NCBI GenBank assembly: GCA_018396535.1
Contig: JAGTQC010000002.1
Location: 128,001-192,000 of the forward strand
DNA from: Candidatus Bathyarchaeota archaeon
Lineage (GTDB): Archaea > Thermoproteota > CALKCG01 > B24 > DRYS01
Direction: 5' to 3'
Length of the DNA stretch: 64,000 bases
Below the pieces are notes generated by a model, which ran no database searches, was not told the DNA's origin, and saw nothing but the letters and a program-made list of their open reading frames with translations. Positions 10,215 to 20,198 of this stretch are shown piece after piece. A program made the translations under genes and the position numbers. The first letter of the stretch is position 1. The number at the start of each line of letters is the position of its first letter.

Positions 10215-11072
10215 ATGCCTGCTAAAATTTTATCGGTGATCACAACCCTTAAAGATGACCCAAAAATAGTTATTACTTCTCTTCTCAACCAAACAGTTAA
10301 GCCTCAGCGAATAATCGTAGTTTGCGGTACGCGTGCAATTTATAATAAAGTTTCCTTACTTAAGGGTAAGCTGCCTGTACCGTTAGAGGCAATATATGTT
10401 AAGCCAAACATGCAAGAGCATGTGGGCGTTCGTGTGGGCAAGGCTATTAATGCAGCTTTATCAACTATCAATTTAGGTGAATTTAACTATATTCTTAAGC
10501 TTGATGCTGATATTATCCTATCAAGGCGGTGTCTCGAGAAAAGCTTAGGTGTAAGCGCCGACTTAGTTGGGCTAGGTCCCTTTATGTTGGTAAATATGAA
10601 GCCATTTATATATCTGCTTGGCGGTAAATGGCCAGAGACTCCAGCTGATGACTCATATATTTGCTTATCCTTTATAAGTAGAGGATTAAAATATGAACCA
10701 TTACCTCAAGATGTTGTGGTTCTGAAAAAAGGTGGTGTGGGTGGAGGGTGGAGATACTATTTTCTTCGAGGAGTTGATTATTATCGATCAGGCATATGTC
10801 CATTGAGAATGTTTAGAATAGTTTTAAAATTAATACGCGCCAGACGTACGCTCCTACCAACTTTCACGTTTCTCGGCTACCTAACAGCTCTCTTTAAACA
10901 CAAACCTTTTTACTCATTCGCGCCAATTATATTTAGGAAAAGTTGTACAGAGGGAATTTTTCGTCGATTGAAAAAACTTAAACGTCTGCTGAGCAAGTTT
11001 CACCATGTTAAATTTATATCTTATTTTGAGGCAGTTTTAATGATGTCTTGGCTTAGGTTAATCTTTCTTTAA
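10215..11072 (+). CDS. GT2-like glycosyltransferase
   Basis: SLLNQTVKP, YILKLDAD, ADD motif. Confidence 0.65.
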   Translation: MPAKILSVITTLKDDPKIVITSLLNQTVKPQRIIVVCGTRAIYNKVSLLKGKLPVPLEAIYVKPNMQEHVGVRVGKAINAALSTINLGEFNYILKLDADIILSRRCLEKSLGVSADLVGLGPFMLVNMKPFIYLLGGKWPETPADDSYICLSFISRGLKYEPLPQDVVVLKKGGVGGGWRYYFLRGVDYYRSGICPLRMFRIVLKLIRARRTLLPTFTFLGYLTALFKHKPFYSFAPIIFRKSCTEGIFRRLKKLKRLLSKFHHVKFISYFEAVLMMSWLRLIFL

Positions 11073-11819
11073 TTTCTTTATAATCCATCCGCAGATTACT
11101 AATGGGCGAAGCCTAAAAACTGAGTGAGCTAAGGTTTTCATAAACCCAACTCCCAAATCATATCTTGCATCTCCTGAAGAGAGCTGCCCTCTTACAACTT
11201 TCATTAGCGTGTTTTCACGTATATGCCAAACAAATACCTTATGCATATATATGCTTCTGTAACCTAACTTTCTCAGCCTAATATCAAGGTCTGTGTCTGG
11301 TGCGGATGTATCTTTAAAGCCACCGATCTCATGGAGAACCTCTCTTCTTATCACCCTTGCAGCTCCCCTGGGTTCCCTTCCAAACGGTGTTATTTCATGA
11401 GTTTTTTCCCATGCATAAATTATGCGATTAAGCAGGGTTGAGGGGTAGGTTTCTACCCTCGCTGAGACTGATGCTATATTTCCTCTGATTAACGGCAGCA
11501 TTTCCTTGAAGAAATTTTCTGGTAGAATTATGTCCGCATCTACTATGCTTATGTATTTTCCTGAGGAGTTTAGGAATCCTGTTTGTAGGGATTCGGCGTA
11601 GCTGTTTTTCCACCTCTTCCACGTCTTAATTATAAGCTTCTCGACGTTGAATCTCTTCGCTATTTCCGCGGTATTATCGCTGCATCGGTCGGCGACGAAA
11701 ACTATTTCGCCATTAATGCCCTTTAAGGCTCTTCTAACGCTTGCTAGACATTTTCCAACGTATTTTTCTTCATTGTGCGCACAGGTGATGACTGATACCA
11801 GCGGCTCCTCCATTAACAA
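11058..11819 (-). CDS. Glycosyltransferase family 2
   Basis: VSVITCAHNEE, DRCSDNT, IVDAD, IGGF...DTDLDIRL. Confidence 0.9.
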   Translation of the reverse strand: MLMEEPLVSVITCAHNEEKYVGKCLASVRRALKGINGEIVFVADRCSDNTAEIAKRFNVEKLIIKTWKRWKNSYAESLQTGFLNSSGKYISIVDADIILPENFFKEMLPLIRGNIASVSARVETYPSTLLNRIIYAWEKTHEITPFGREPRGAARVIRREVLHEIGGFKDTSAPDTDLDIRLRKLGYRSIYMHKVFVWHIRENTLMKVVRGQLSSGDARYDLGVGFMKTLAHSVFRLRPLVICGWIIKKLKKD

Positions 11820-11831
11820 CCACTCCTCTAA

Positions 11832-12764
11832 CTACCCTTTTAGCGCGTTCACATACCTTCTTAAACCCTCATCCAATGATATACTTGCCCTAAATCCTAG
11901 AACTTCTCTAGCTCTGTTGATGTTTGCACAGCTACGCCTTATATCGCCAGCTCTTGCCTCAGTATAAATAGGTTTAATGTCTAACCCAAAAATTTTCAGT
12001 AGATGTTCGGCGACTTTATTTATGCTTGTCTCCGTGCCGGAGCCTATATTAAAGGTCATTCCTCCAACTCCCTCAGCTTTCAGGGCGAGCATAAGTGCGT
12101 TAACAACATCGCTGATAAATATAAAGTCCCTGGTCTGCTCCCCATCACCAAATATGACTGGAGCTCTACCACTCCTTAACGCTTCTATGAAGTTTGATAT
12201 GACCCCACGGTATGGGCTACGCTCCTGTCCTGGACCATAAACGTTGAAGAGCCTCAGAATTATAGTTTTAAGCCCATAGGTCTCGTAGAAAACTCTGCAG
12301 TAATGCTCAGCCGCAAGCTTACTGACGCCATAGGGGGATAATGGGTTTGTTGGGTGATTCTCGTCGATAGGTATGTATACTGGTTTGCCGTAAACGGCGC
12401 ACGATGAAGTGAAGATGAATTTTTCAACATTAGAATTTAAACTCTCCTCGAGAAGGTTTAATGTCCCAATAACGTTAACCTCATTTATCTTTTTGGGCTT
12501 CTTAAATGATAGAGGAATACTGGCGATTGCTGCTAAGTGGAAGATGTAGTCGGCTTCCTTAACAGTCTCTCTCACAACCTTCCTCCCTCTAATGTCTCCC
12601 TTAATTACCTGAAAACTTGGGTTATCTACGTACATTTGGATATTCTCAAGGCTCCCAGTAAAAAAGTTGTCTAAAACGATAACTTTAAAATCCTCCATGA
12701 GAAGCTTACCAACTAGGTGGCTGCCGATAAAGCCTGCACCGCCAGTCACCACAACTACTGACAG
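11832..12764 (-). CDS. NAD-dependent nucleotide-sugar epimerase (GalE-like), probable CTG start at 12764
   Basis: TGGAGFIG, FTSSCAVYG, YGVSK, RLFNVYGP. A CTG start restores beta-1 (SVVVVTG) and follows a GGTGA SD. Confidence 0.9.
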   Translation of the reverse strand: MSVVVVTGGAGFIGSHLVGKLLMEDFKVIVLDNFFTGSLENIQMYVDNPSFQVIKGDIRGRKVVRETVKEADYIFHLAAIASIPLSFKKPKKINEVNVIGTLNLLEESLNSNVEKFIFTSSCAVYGKPVYIPIDENHPTNPLSPYGVSKLAAEHYCRVFYETYGLKTIILRLFNVYGPGQERSPYRGVISNFIEALRSGRAPVIFGDGEQTRDFIFISDVVNALMLALKAEGVGGMTFNIGSGTETSINKVAEHLLKIFGLDIKPIYTEARAGDIRRSCANINRAREVLGFRASISLDEGLRRYVNALKG

Positions 12765-12869
12765 CTTATCTCACCAGCCTTACTACATAAACTGTCTAGC
12801 TACGCTGAAACTTAACGTTATCCTTGCTATCACAACAAGATAATTAAGTTTGCTGTGCGATGCTATTTA

Positions 12870-13022
12870 CTATAGCGACTTAATAATAATTCTAAAAACA
12901 AAAATAGAGATGTGGATAATGGAATAAGAGCGGCGCGCTACCTCACCGTTATGCCTGAATCTAGCGATTATCCGCATATACCGCTTAAGCCTCTCATCAT
13001 AATCATAGATCATGCTCTTCAC
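12870..13022 (-). pseudogene. N-terminal stub of an archaeal tyrosine integrase (putative)
   Basis: MIYDYDERLKRYMRIIARFRHNGEVA resembles, from memory, the N-terminus of tRNA-adjacent Bathyarchaeia-type integrases. It starts 57 bp from the tRNA 3' end and the similarity stops near 12930. Confidence 0.5.
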
Positions 13023-13078
13023 ACTAAACCCATTATTTCCGAATTTAAAGGAGGTGAAGGAAATTGAACCATAGAGGT

Positions 13079-13156
13079 TGGCGCCCTGGGCGGGATTTGA
13101 ACCCGCGTCCAGCGGGCGACAGCCGCTGATGCTAGGCCGGGCTACACCACCAGGGC
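13079..13156 (-). tRNA. tRNA-Asp(GTC), CCA encoded, no intron
   Basis: Acceptor GCCCTGG/CCAGGGC, anticodon arm AGCGG-CT GTC GC-CCGCT, GGTTCAAATCC T-arm. Confidence 0.95.
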
Positions 13157-13298
13157 TTTCTAGGCATTTCTAACTCTCTTAGAAAGCTCCTTATTAAATC
13201 TTCTCCATAGGTAGGGTTGGTTTTTAAACTATATCTTACCGCTGAAGGTTATGTAGGTAAGAGCTATATGTTTAGATTCTTCTTCCAGTGTAAACTGT

Positions 13299-13874
13299 AT
13301 GATTCGTATATTAGCTATAGTAGGTAGTCCTAGGATTGGAGGTAATACGGAGATATTAGCTAGTGAAGCTCTTAAAGCTGCTGCTGAAGATGGAGTGGAA
13401 ACTATGATGATTAGACTTGCTGAAAGGGAGGTTAAACCGTGTGATGCTTGTCTTAGTTGTAGGAGTAGTAGGGAGTGTCGTATAAGGGATGATTTTCAGG
13501 AGATATTCGATAGGATGATTGAAGCTGATGGGATAATACTAGCTACACCTGTATACTTCGGTTCTGCTACACCTCAGATTATGGCTTTACTGAATAGAGC
13601 TGGATATCTATCTATGGCTAGGGGTAGGGTTTTCGAGAATAAGGTTGGAGAGGTGATAGTAGTAGCTAGACGTGCTGGACAGAATTTTACGCTAGCACAA
13701 TTACTATTCTTCCTTCTACATCAAGGTATGATAATCCCCGGATCCACATACTGGACTATAGCCTTCGGTAGGGAGAAGGGTGATGTCCTTAAGGATTTGG
13801 AGGGTGTGAATACTGTTAGGAATATGGCTAAGAGGATGGTGTGGCTTATAAAAAGGATTAAAGGCTTAGAGTAG
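13299..13874 (+). CDS. Iron-sulfur flavoprotein / flavodoxin family
   Basis: GSPRIGGNT, CxxCxxC-x5-C, ATPVYFG. Confidence 0.9.
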   Translation: MIRILAIVGSPRIGGNTEILASEALKAAAEDGVETMMIRLAEREVKPCDACLSCRSSRECRIRDDFQEIFDRMIEADGIILATPVYFGSATPQIMALLNRAGYLSMARGRVFENKVGEVIVVARRAGQNFTLAQLLFFLLHQGMIIPGSTYWTIAFGREKGDVLKDLEGVNTVRNMAKRMVWLIKRIKGLE

Positions 13875-13941
13875 ATGAATGTCAATACGCAGTAGTACTT
13901 TATAATCTATTCATCAATACAATTAATATTTAAATAGACGT

Positions 13942-15429
13942 TTGTCAACATATTTAAGGATCGTTATGTACAGCGGAGCTATCGAGGAAGCTATAAAGAT
14001 CCTTAGGGAGAATAACGTTAGATGGGTTCATACATCCTTCGTGGATATAAGGGGTATTATGCATGATATAGTCGTACCTGCTAGAGAATATCTAGAAGGT
14101 AATGCCTTTAGATATGGTATAGGGTTCGATGGCTCATCTGTGAAGGGTTTTAGAGATGTAGAGGAATCTGATATGGTTTTGATACCAGATCCTAAAACCC
14201 TAGCTGTGATACCGTGGATAAGGGAGGAGGCTCAGAGAAGCGCCATAATCTTGGGGGATGTCTACGAATCCTATGGCGAAGCTGAGCCTTCTGAAGCATG
14301 TCCACGTGGATATGTAGCGAAGCGTATCGAAAGGTTATGTGAAGAAGCAGGGTTAACAGCGTTTATAGGAGCGGAGATGGAGCATTTTGTATTCAAATCC
14401 GTAGATCCGACTAAACTCGTATGGGATTTATGGGTTAGCCCAGGTGGTCACGGATTTGAGATGTGGGGTGCACCTAGGATACTCCCTGAATCACCGGAGA
14501 TATCTCCTGGCGGATATGTAGTTAAGCCTAGGGATGCATATCTACGTCCACCACCTGAGGATACGACACTCGAATATCGTAATGAAGTTGCTTCGATACT
14601 AGAGGATAGCTTCGGGTTTAGGATAGAGAGACACCATCATGAAGTAGCTACAGCAGGTCAAGTTGAGGTAAACTTCAGATTCGGTAGGCTTACAGAGACC
14701 GCTGATAGAGTAGTATACTACAAGTTTGTAGCTAAGAATATCGCTAGGATACGTGGACTCATAGCTACCTTTATGCCTAAACCCGTATACCTCGATAATG
14801 CTAGCGGTATGCATGTACATGTATCTCTATGGAGTGAAGGTAGGAATATAATGTATGATGAAGACGATAGTTACGCTGAGCTAAGCCAGGAAGCTAGATA
14901 CTTCATCGGAGGCTTACTAGAGCATGCTCGAGCATTAACAGCTATATGCTGCCCTACAGTCAACTCGTATAAGAGGCTTGTACCCGGGTTTGAGGCTCCT
15001 ATATATTTGATATGGTCTAGACGTAATAGATCAGCCCTAGTTAGGGTGCCGATGTATCTCAAGGGATCAGAATATGCTTCACATAAGCGTATCGAATATC
15101 GTGCAGTCGATCCTTCATGCAACCCCTATCTCGCATTCTCATGTATAATCGCAGCTGGGTTCGACGGTATAAGAAGGAAGATTGATCCAGGCGATCCTGT
15201 AGATGAGAATGTATACAAGCTCCCAGATGAGAGGCGTAGAGCATTAGGTATAAGAGAGCTTCCAAGTACGCTTAGAGAAGCTTTAGAAGAGATGGAGACT
15301 GATGATGTTATCCATCGTACACTAGGTAGTCATCTATTCGATAGATTTATAGAATATAAGATGGAGGAGTGGAGGCAGTACTCCATGTACATCACTCCAT
15401 GGGAGATAGTGAAGTATCTAGATTGCTAA
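13942..15429 (+). CDS. glnA: Type I glutamine synthetase (true start possibly ATG 13966)
   Basis: FDGSS, HHHEVA, FMPKP, SGMHVHVSLW, NSYKRLVPGFEAP, NRSALVRVP, RIEYR..DP. Confidence 0.95.
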   Translation: MSTYLRIVMYSGAIEEAIKILRENNVRWVHTSFVDIRGIMHDIVVPAREYLEGNAFRYGIGFDGSSVKGFRDVEESDMVLIPDPKTLAVIPWIREEAQRSAIILGDVYESYGEAEPSEACPRGYVAKRIERLCEEAGLTAFIGAEMEHFVFKSVDPTKLVWDLWVSPGGHGFEMWGAPRILPESPEISPGGYVVKPRDAYLRPPPEDTTLEYRNEVASILEDSFGFRIERHHHEVATAGQVEVNFRFGRLTETADRVVYYKFVAKNIARIRGLIATFMPKPVYLDNASGMHVHVSLWSEGRNIMYDEDDSYAELSQEARYFIGGLLEHARALTAICCPTVNSYKRLVPGFEAPIYLIWSRRNRSALVRVPMYLKGSEYASHKRIEYRAVDPSCNPYLAFSCIIAAGFDGIRRKIDPGDPVDENVYKLPDERRRALGIRELPSTLREALEEMETDDVIHRTLGSHLFDRFIEYKMEEWRQYSMYITPWEIVKYLDC

Positions 15430-15496
15430 AAATCTAAGATATGAAAGTATAAGTAGGTTTACATACACTAGGAATTTCTATAGGTGTCTACCGGGG

Positions 15497-15727
15497 TTGA
15501 GAGTATATATATTCGTAAGGACAAAGCCGGGGACATCGGAGGATGTCGTTAAGAGGATTAAGGAGAAGGTGAAGGAGGTTCTACTAGCCGATTCCATATA
15601 CGGTAGGTTTGATGCTATAATCGTATTAGATGTTCAAAACTTCGATAGATTAAACGAGATAGTATATAGAGTGATAGCTAGCGATCCTGATGTTATACAT
15701 ACAGAGACATCTCTAACTCTATCTTAA
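15497..15727 (+). CDS. Stand-alone Lrp/AsnC ligand-binding (RAM) domain protein
   Basis: 76 aa; YIFVRTKPG, YGRFDAII, HTETSL. Confidence 0.8.
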   Translation: MRVYIFVRTKPGTSEDVVKRIKEKVKEVLLADSIYGRFDAIIVLDVQNFDRLNEIVYRVIASDPDVIHTETSLTLS

Positions 15728-15740
15728 GGAGGGTTAAGAT

Positions 15741-16004
15741 ATCGCGAATCTCAAACCTAGATCCCTCCGTAGAAAGCCTATAAGAGCCTTCGTTCTAATC
15801 ACGACGAGCCCAGGTACATCCGAAGATATAGTTAGATCTAGGAGGATTAAGGGTGTTAAACTGGCAAACTCCGTCTTTGGAAGATACGATGCTGTAGTAG
15901 TGATAGAAGCTGATAGCTTAGAGGAATTGAAGAAGATAATATACGAGGTAATAGAGCAGCATCCAAACGTTATACGTACGGAAACATTGATATCTCTACA
16001 ATAA
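15741..16004 (+). CDS. Second stand-alone Lrp/AsnC RAM-domain protein, apparent ATC start
   Basis: Open frame KPIRAFVLITTSPGTSEDIV...SVFGRYDAVV...HPNVIRTETLISLQ, a clear paralog of the upstream gene. No ATG/GTG/TTG precedes the domain; a GGAGG SD lies 8 nt before ATC. Confidence 0.75.
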   Translation: MANLKPRSLRRKPIRAFVLITTSPGTSEDIVRSRRIKGVKLANSVFGRYDAVVVIEADSLEELKKIIYEVIEQHPNVIRTETLISLQ

Positions 16005-16023
16005 TACTGTTAAGCCTCCGAGA

Positions 16024-18804
16024 TTAGCTATAGAGTTCTACGGATAATCTAACCCCTTCTCTAAGTCCAACTGGTTCAGCGAATTTCAGTAATATACAGC
16101 CATCGCTAAATTCTAAGCTAAACCTCGATTCGCATCCATCGATAAAGACTCTAGCTCCACTAAACCTAGATGTTACAGGTATAGTGATGCCGCTAATCGT
16201 TATAGATCCTAATCTACCTTCTATATCTAAGCTAATCTTACCTTCTGTAGATCTATACGCTAAAGATGCTAAAGCACCTGGTAGGAGAATCGGTCCTTTA
16301 AAGTCCATCTTATTAATCTTGGGATCTATCCTGAGTATACCATCTACTCCTCTATATCGTGCTCCTGCTAACGCGTTGAATATCGTTAAAGATACAAGAA
16401 CTCTGAAATAGTGTCCTCCACACTCTATATGATTCCAGTAGAGACCCCAGCTTCTATACCTTTCATGTACAGATCTAAGAAGTTCTACACCTTCATCCAC
16501 CATACCCTCTTCTATCATATGCGTCGCTACAGGTATCTCTATCCCAGTCCACGGTGTATCCGCCTGGGATCCAACCGTATACGGTATCGAAGATTCGTTG
16601 AAGTACTTCATATCACCAGCTAACGCTGGTCTAGGTTTACCAGGGTATACAGCGTTTATGAGACCCTCCCACTTCTTAAAATTGTATTTGTATACAGATT
16701 TTAGCATCGATACAACCTTCTCTCTATCGAATGCATAGTCCAGGTCTAGAAGGAATTTAAGATACCATTCACCTGTAAGTGCTGCACTCATACAAGCTTT
16801 ATCCCTCATACCGCTTATAGGATCATACCAGTTATCGAAGTATTCACCATTCCATAGGAGTTTTATGAAGTTCTCTACGGCGCAACAATATATCTTCTCG
16901 AACTCTCTAGCATCCTCTGTAAATCCGTTAAGCTTAGCAGCTTCTATAGCTGCTTTAAGCGATGCTATCCATAAGTCTGATGTAAACGTCGCTACACCTA
17001 GTAGGCTTAAAGCATCGAATGTATTCACAGATATGGGTATGTACATCGGGCCTGAGAGGAGTATTCTCAGAGATTCTAGAAGTCTCCTACCCATAACCCC
17101 GCTTATAGCCTCCGCTACCTGGGAGAATCCTTCATAGCCAGATGGTGGTGAATGATACATTAGCTTAAGACCTGCATCATCATGCTGTACTAATACTGCT
17201 TTAACAACGGTTTTTATAGACTCCCATAACCTAGATAGGTATGCACGGTCACCTGTCCAGTAGTAGTTGAGTAGAACTAGTAGTATATACTCTGGTAGGA
17301 GATCATTCCTATCATACGTATCGACTATATCTAGCGATGCTATGAAGAAATGCGGAACCCTACCTGTAGGATCCTTCCCGGTCTTACCGACGATCTCTCT
17401 TATAGTTTTCTTAAATTTCTCTAGATCATGCTGTATCGACGGATCCTTCTTCAAAGCATCCCTATAGAGCTGCATATTCTCTGGGAAAGCTAGAGCGAAT
17501 AATTCATAGTATGGAGACTTATCCTTATCCAGTATATACCTCTCCGTATTGAAGATTATATTCTTAGCTAGATCAGGGTATAGGTAGGCTATCCCAGTTA
17601 TACCCCAGAAAGCTACATCTACTGTATTGAAACCACAGCATCCAGGCCCACCCTCCCATACACCGAATCTACCATCCTTCAGTAGCCATGTACACTTAGA
17701 TAGAGTCGTTATCTGGGAGGAGGCTAAATCTACGATCCACTTATCGTAGGATGCATCGTAGAGCGTATCTATAAACCTCCTAGTCTTAGAGTATAGGTAA
17801 TCGAGGTTATCTACAGTATAATCTAGGACAGCTGTAACATCTGGGAATATATTCTCGTAGTAGTGCCCTACTAGTACACCTCTCAAATCTATATGGTTTG
17901 GATAGTACCAGGCTAGTAGGATAGTAACCCTACCCTCATTACCAGGCTTAATCCTTATACTCTTAGTGAGACAGCCGTATAGATCTAAACCGTAGGCTTC
18001 GGCATCTGCTAAACCTGATATCAATCCATCCTTCCTGAAATCTACTAGAAGCCTCCTCACGATATTAGAAAATGCTCTCCTATCATCTGGAGCTGTCTTT
18101 ATACTTACAGATGAATTAGCTTCGCCTAAAACAGCTAACGCTAGGGAGCCGTTAAACATACAATGATCTACGCTTAAACCTTCACCTTTGAGCAGCATGG
18201 CTGTATACTTACCGCTTCTATATAGCTTGTTAACAATCTTTACATTCGGGCTTATCCTATGGGGGTTTCTCAGAATAGATAGTAGCGATACTTCAACCTC
18301 TCTTGATCCATTATTCTTAAAGCGGAATACAAGGATAGCTACAGGTATAGATGAGTTTTTAATATCGGATGGTATAAGCGGTGAGAAAGCTTCCATAGAG
18401 ATTTCTAAACCGAAGTATTGGAATGAGGAATCCGTATATCTGAGTATAGCGAAGGGGGGCTTACCTTCGAAATCTATCTTCTCGACAGGTCTAACCCACG
18501 GTATACGATAAGGATCCACTATAGACTGCCATAAACGGTAAGTTATATCTGGATCGCTATCCATCCATAAGCTAGTTGTCAAGAACCTTACTACAGGCTC
18601 ATCTTCATCAGACGCTACTCTTAAAGCGAAGATGAAGCCCTCTCTATCTAAGTACTGCTCTATCTCACCTCCAGCTCTCCACGGCCTATTATTGAATATC
18701 TGCCACTCATAGAACCGCCCATCTGCTCTAATCTCCACAGAACCGGTACCTAATCCCCCTAAAGGTATTCCTGAATAAGCTGGTGTAGACGAGGATATAT
18801 TCAT
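16024..18804 (-). CDS. GH116 glycoside hydrolase
   Basis: GIPLGGLGTG, WQIFNN, AFSPLIP, LWNGEYF, ECGGHYFR. Confidence 0.9.
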   Translation of the reverse strand: MNISSSTPAYSGIPLGGLGTGSVEIRADGRFYEWQIFNNRPWRAGGEIEQYLDREGFIFALRVASDEDEPVVRFLTTSLWMDSDPDITYRLWQSIVDPYRIPWVRPVEKIDFEGKPPFAILRYTDSSFQYFGLEISMEAFSPLIPSDIKNSSIPVAILVFRFKNNGSREVEVSLLSILRNPHRISPNVKIVNKLYRSGKYTAMLLKGEGLSVDHCMFNGSLALAVLGEANSSVSIKTAPDDRRAFSNIVRRLLVDFRKDGLISGLADAEAYGLDLYGCLTKSIRIKPGNEGRVTILLAWYYPNHIDLRGVLVGHYYENIFPDVTAVLDYTVDNLDYLYSKTRRFIDTLYDASYDKWIVDLASSQITTLSKCTWLLKDGRFGVWEGGPGCCGFNTVDVAFWGITGIAYLYPDLAKNIIFNTERYILDKDKSPYYELFALAFPENMQLYRDALKKDPSIQHDLEKFKKTIREIVGKTGKDPTGRVPHFFIASLDIVDTYDRNDLLPEYILLVLLNYYWTGDRAYLSRLWESIKTVVKAVLVQHDDAGLKLMYHSPPSGYEGFSQVAEAISGVMGRRLLESLRILLSGPMYIPISVNTFDALSLLGVATFTSDLWIASLKAAIEAAKLNGFTEDAREFEKIYCCAVENFIKLLWNGEYFDNWYDPISGMRDKACMSAALTGEWYLKFLLDLDYAFDREKVVSMLKSVYKYNFKKWEGLINAVYPGKPRPALAGDMKYFNESSIPYTVGSQADTPWTGIEIPVATHMIEEGMVDEGVELLRSVHERYRSWGLYWNHIECGGHYFRVLVSLTIFNALAGARYRGVDGILRIDPKINKMDFKGPILLPGALASLAYRSTEGKISLDIEGRLGSITISGITIPVTSRFSGARVFIDGCESRFSLEFSDGCILLKFAEPVGLREGVRLSVELYS

Positions 18805-18844
18805 AGCCTAACCTACTATATCTGTATGCTAGCTATATAAGCTG

Positions 18845-19630
18845 TTAAGATAGCCTATAATGAGTAAGTATCTCTGATAACTCTAAAGCTATATCCATAT
18901 TGCTACAAGCTACTATAGGACTCCTAACACCATACTCTAATCTAGGTTTCAATCTATCCATACCCTTATCGAATAGGTACCCTCCAGCTTCCTCCAATAT
19001 GAATCCTGCTGCAGCAAAATCTGTAAGTCTCAATATGCCTCTCAAATCTATGAATGCTTCGAGACTACCTGAAGCTACCATGCAGATCTCTAACGCATCA
19101 GATCCGATACATCTTACATGAGCTGCTCTTCTAACTATTTCGATGATACTTAGAGCTGTATGATCATCTATAGCTCCTTTGAAATTTAGATCTATAGCTA
19201 CCATAGCTTTACTTAGTTTAGCGGTATTGGATGGCTTTATAAGCTTACCATTTAAGTATGCTCCAGCACCCCTATATGCTTCGAATACTTGATTTAGAAT
19301 AGGATTAACTACGACCGCAGATACTATATCATCCCAGTTATACCCATAAGCTAGAGCTAGACTTAGAGAGTATAGCGAGTACCCTTTGAGTAAATTTGTA
19401 GTACCATCTATAGGATCTAATATGAGTATCGGTGGTCCTCCACCACCCCAAGATATGATGCCACTCTCCTCTGTTATCAATGTCGCATTCTTCAATCTCT
19501 GCTTGAGTATCCTAGCTATCGAATCCTCGACTTTCACGTCTACATCTTCAAGGCTTCCCTCAGCTACTACTCTATTTAGAGTCTCTACGCCTCCTTCTAA
19601 CGCTTCTAATAGTAACTCTGATCTAGACAT
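18845..19630 (-). CDS. Inositol monophosphatase/FBPase family
   Basis: ITEE, LDPIDGTTN, D.AAA..ILEEAGG. Confidence 0.9.
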   Translation of the reverse strand: MSRSELLLEALEGGVETLNRVVAEGSLEDVDVKVEDSIARILKQRLKNATLITEESGIISWGGGGPPILILDPIDGTTNLLKGYSLYSLSLALAYGYNWDDIVSAVVVNPILNQVFEAYRGAGAYLNGKLIKPSNTAKLSKAMVAIDLNFKGAIDDHTALSIIEIVRRAAHVRCIGSDALEICMVASGSLEAFIDLRGILRLTDFAAAGFILEEAGGYLFDKGMDRLKPRLEYGVRSPIVACSNMDIALELSEILTHYRLS

Positions 19631-19642
19631 AGCAGAGTAGGT

Positions 19643-20146
19643 TTAGTAAACCACAACCTTATTAACACCTTCTATCCTTAGAAGTTCTGGTATTATATCT
19701 CCAGGTAAAGGTTTCTCCGTGATTATAGTAAGTTTAGGTTCGGGATGAAGATCCGGGTCATCAGCTACAGCCTGCCTTATACTTATACCTCTCCTAGCTA
19801 TAGCTTGAGCTGCACCAGCTAGGATACCCTTCATCCTAGAATCAGCGTATATCTCGACTACGCCGTAACCTAAGAGCTTAGCTGCATCAGCTAGAAAGGC
19901 TCCTGATGGCCTAAGCTTAGAGAATATCTCTCTGAGAAAGTCATCCTCAAGTATACTTTTAGCAGTAGCCTTTACCGTTCTCCTATCTACACCTAGAGCT
20001 CTCGCTATTTTAGCTTCATCCATCTCTATGGGTCCACAGTATATCTTACCATCTAGACCTATCCTCAATCCAAGCTCTACTAGAGCTTTAGCAACTTTAA
20101 GTCTCCCAGGATACTCTTCGAAATGTTTTGCTATCTTACTCCACAA
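19643..20146 (-). CDS. COG2150 regulator of amino-acid metabolism (HTH + ACT); start probably TTG 20146
   Basis: [37 protein letters not shown]. Confidence 0.8.
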   Translation of the reverse strand: MWSKIAKHFEEYPGRLKVAKALVELGLRIGLDGKIYCGPIEMDEAKIARALGVDRRTVKATAKSILEDDFLREIFSKLRPSGAFLADAAKLLGYGVVEIYADSRMKGILAGAAQAIARRGISIRQAVADDPDLHPEPKLTIITEKPLPGDIIPELLRIEGVNKVVVY

Positions 20147-20198
20147 AACAATCCTTAAGAGTATTAAAGTAGACAACATTGCTATAAAGATTTCATAT

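Larger units (their letters stand above)
6670..13078. mobile_element. Decayed genomic island at the 3' end of tRNA-Asp (left boundary approximate)
   Basis: Abuts the tRNA CCA end. Contains an integrase-like stub, TA and MFS relics, and a glycosylation cassette. Codon style looks different from the flanks by eye. Confidence 0.6.
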
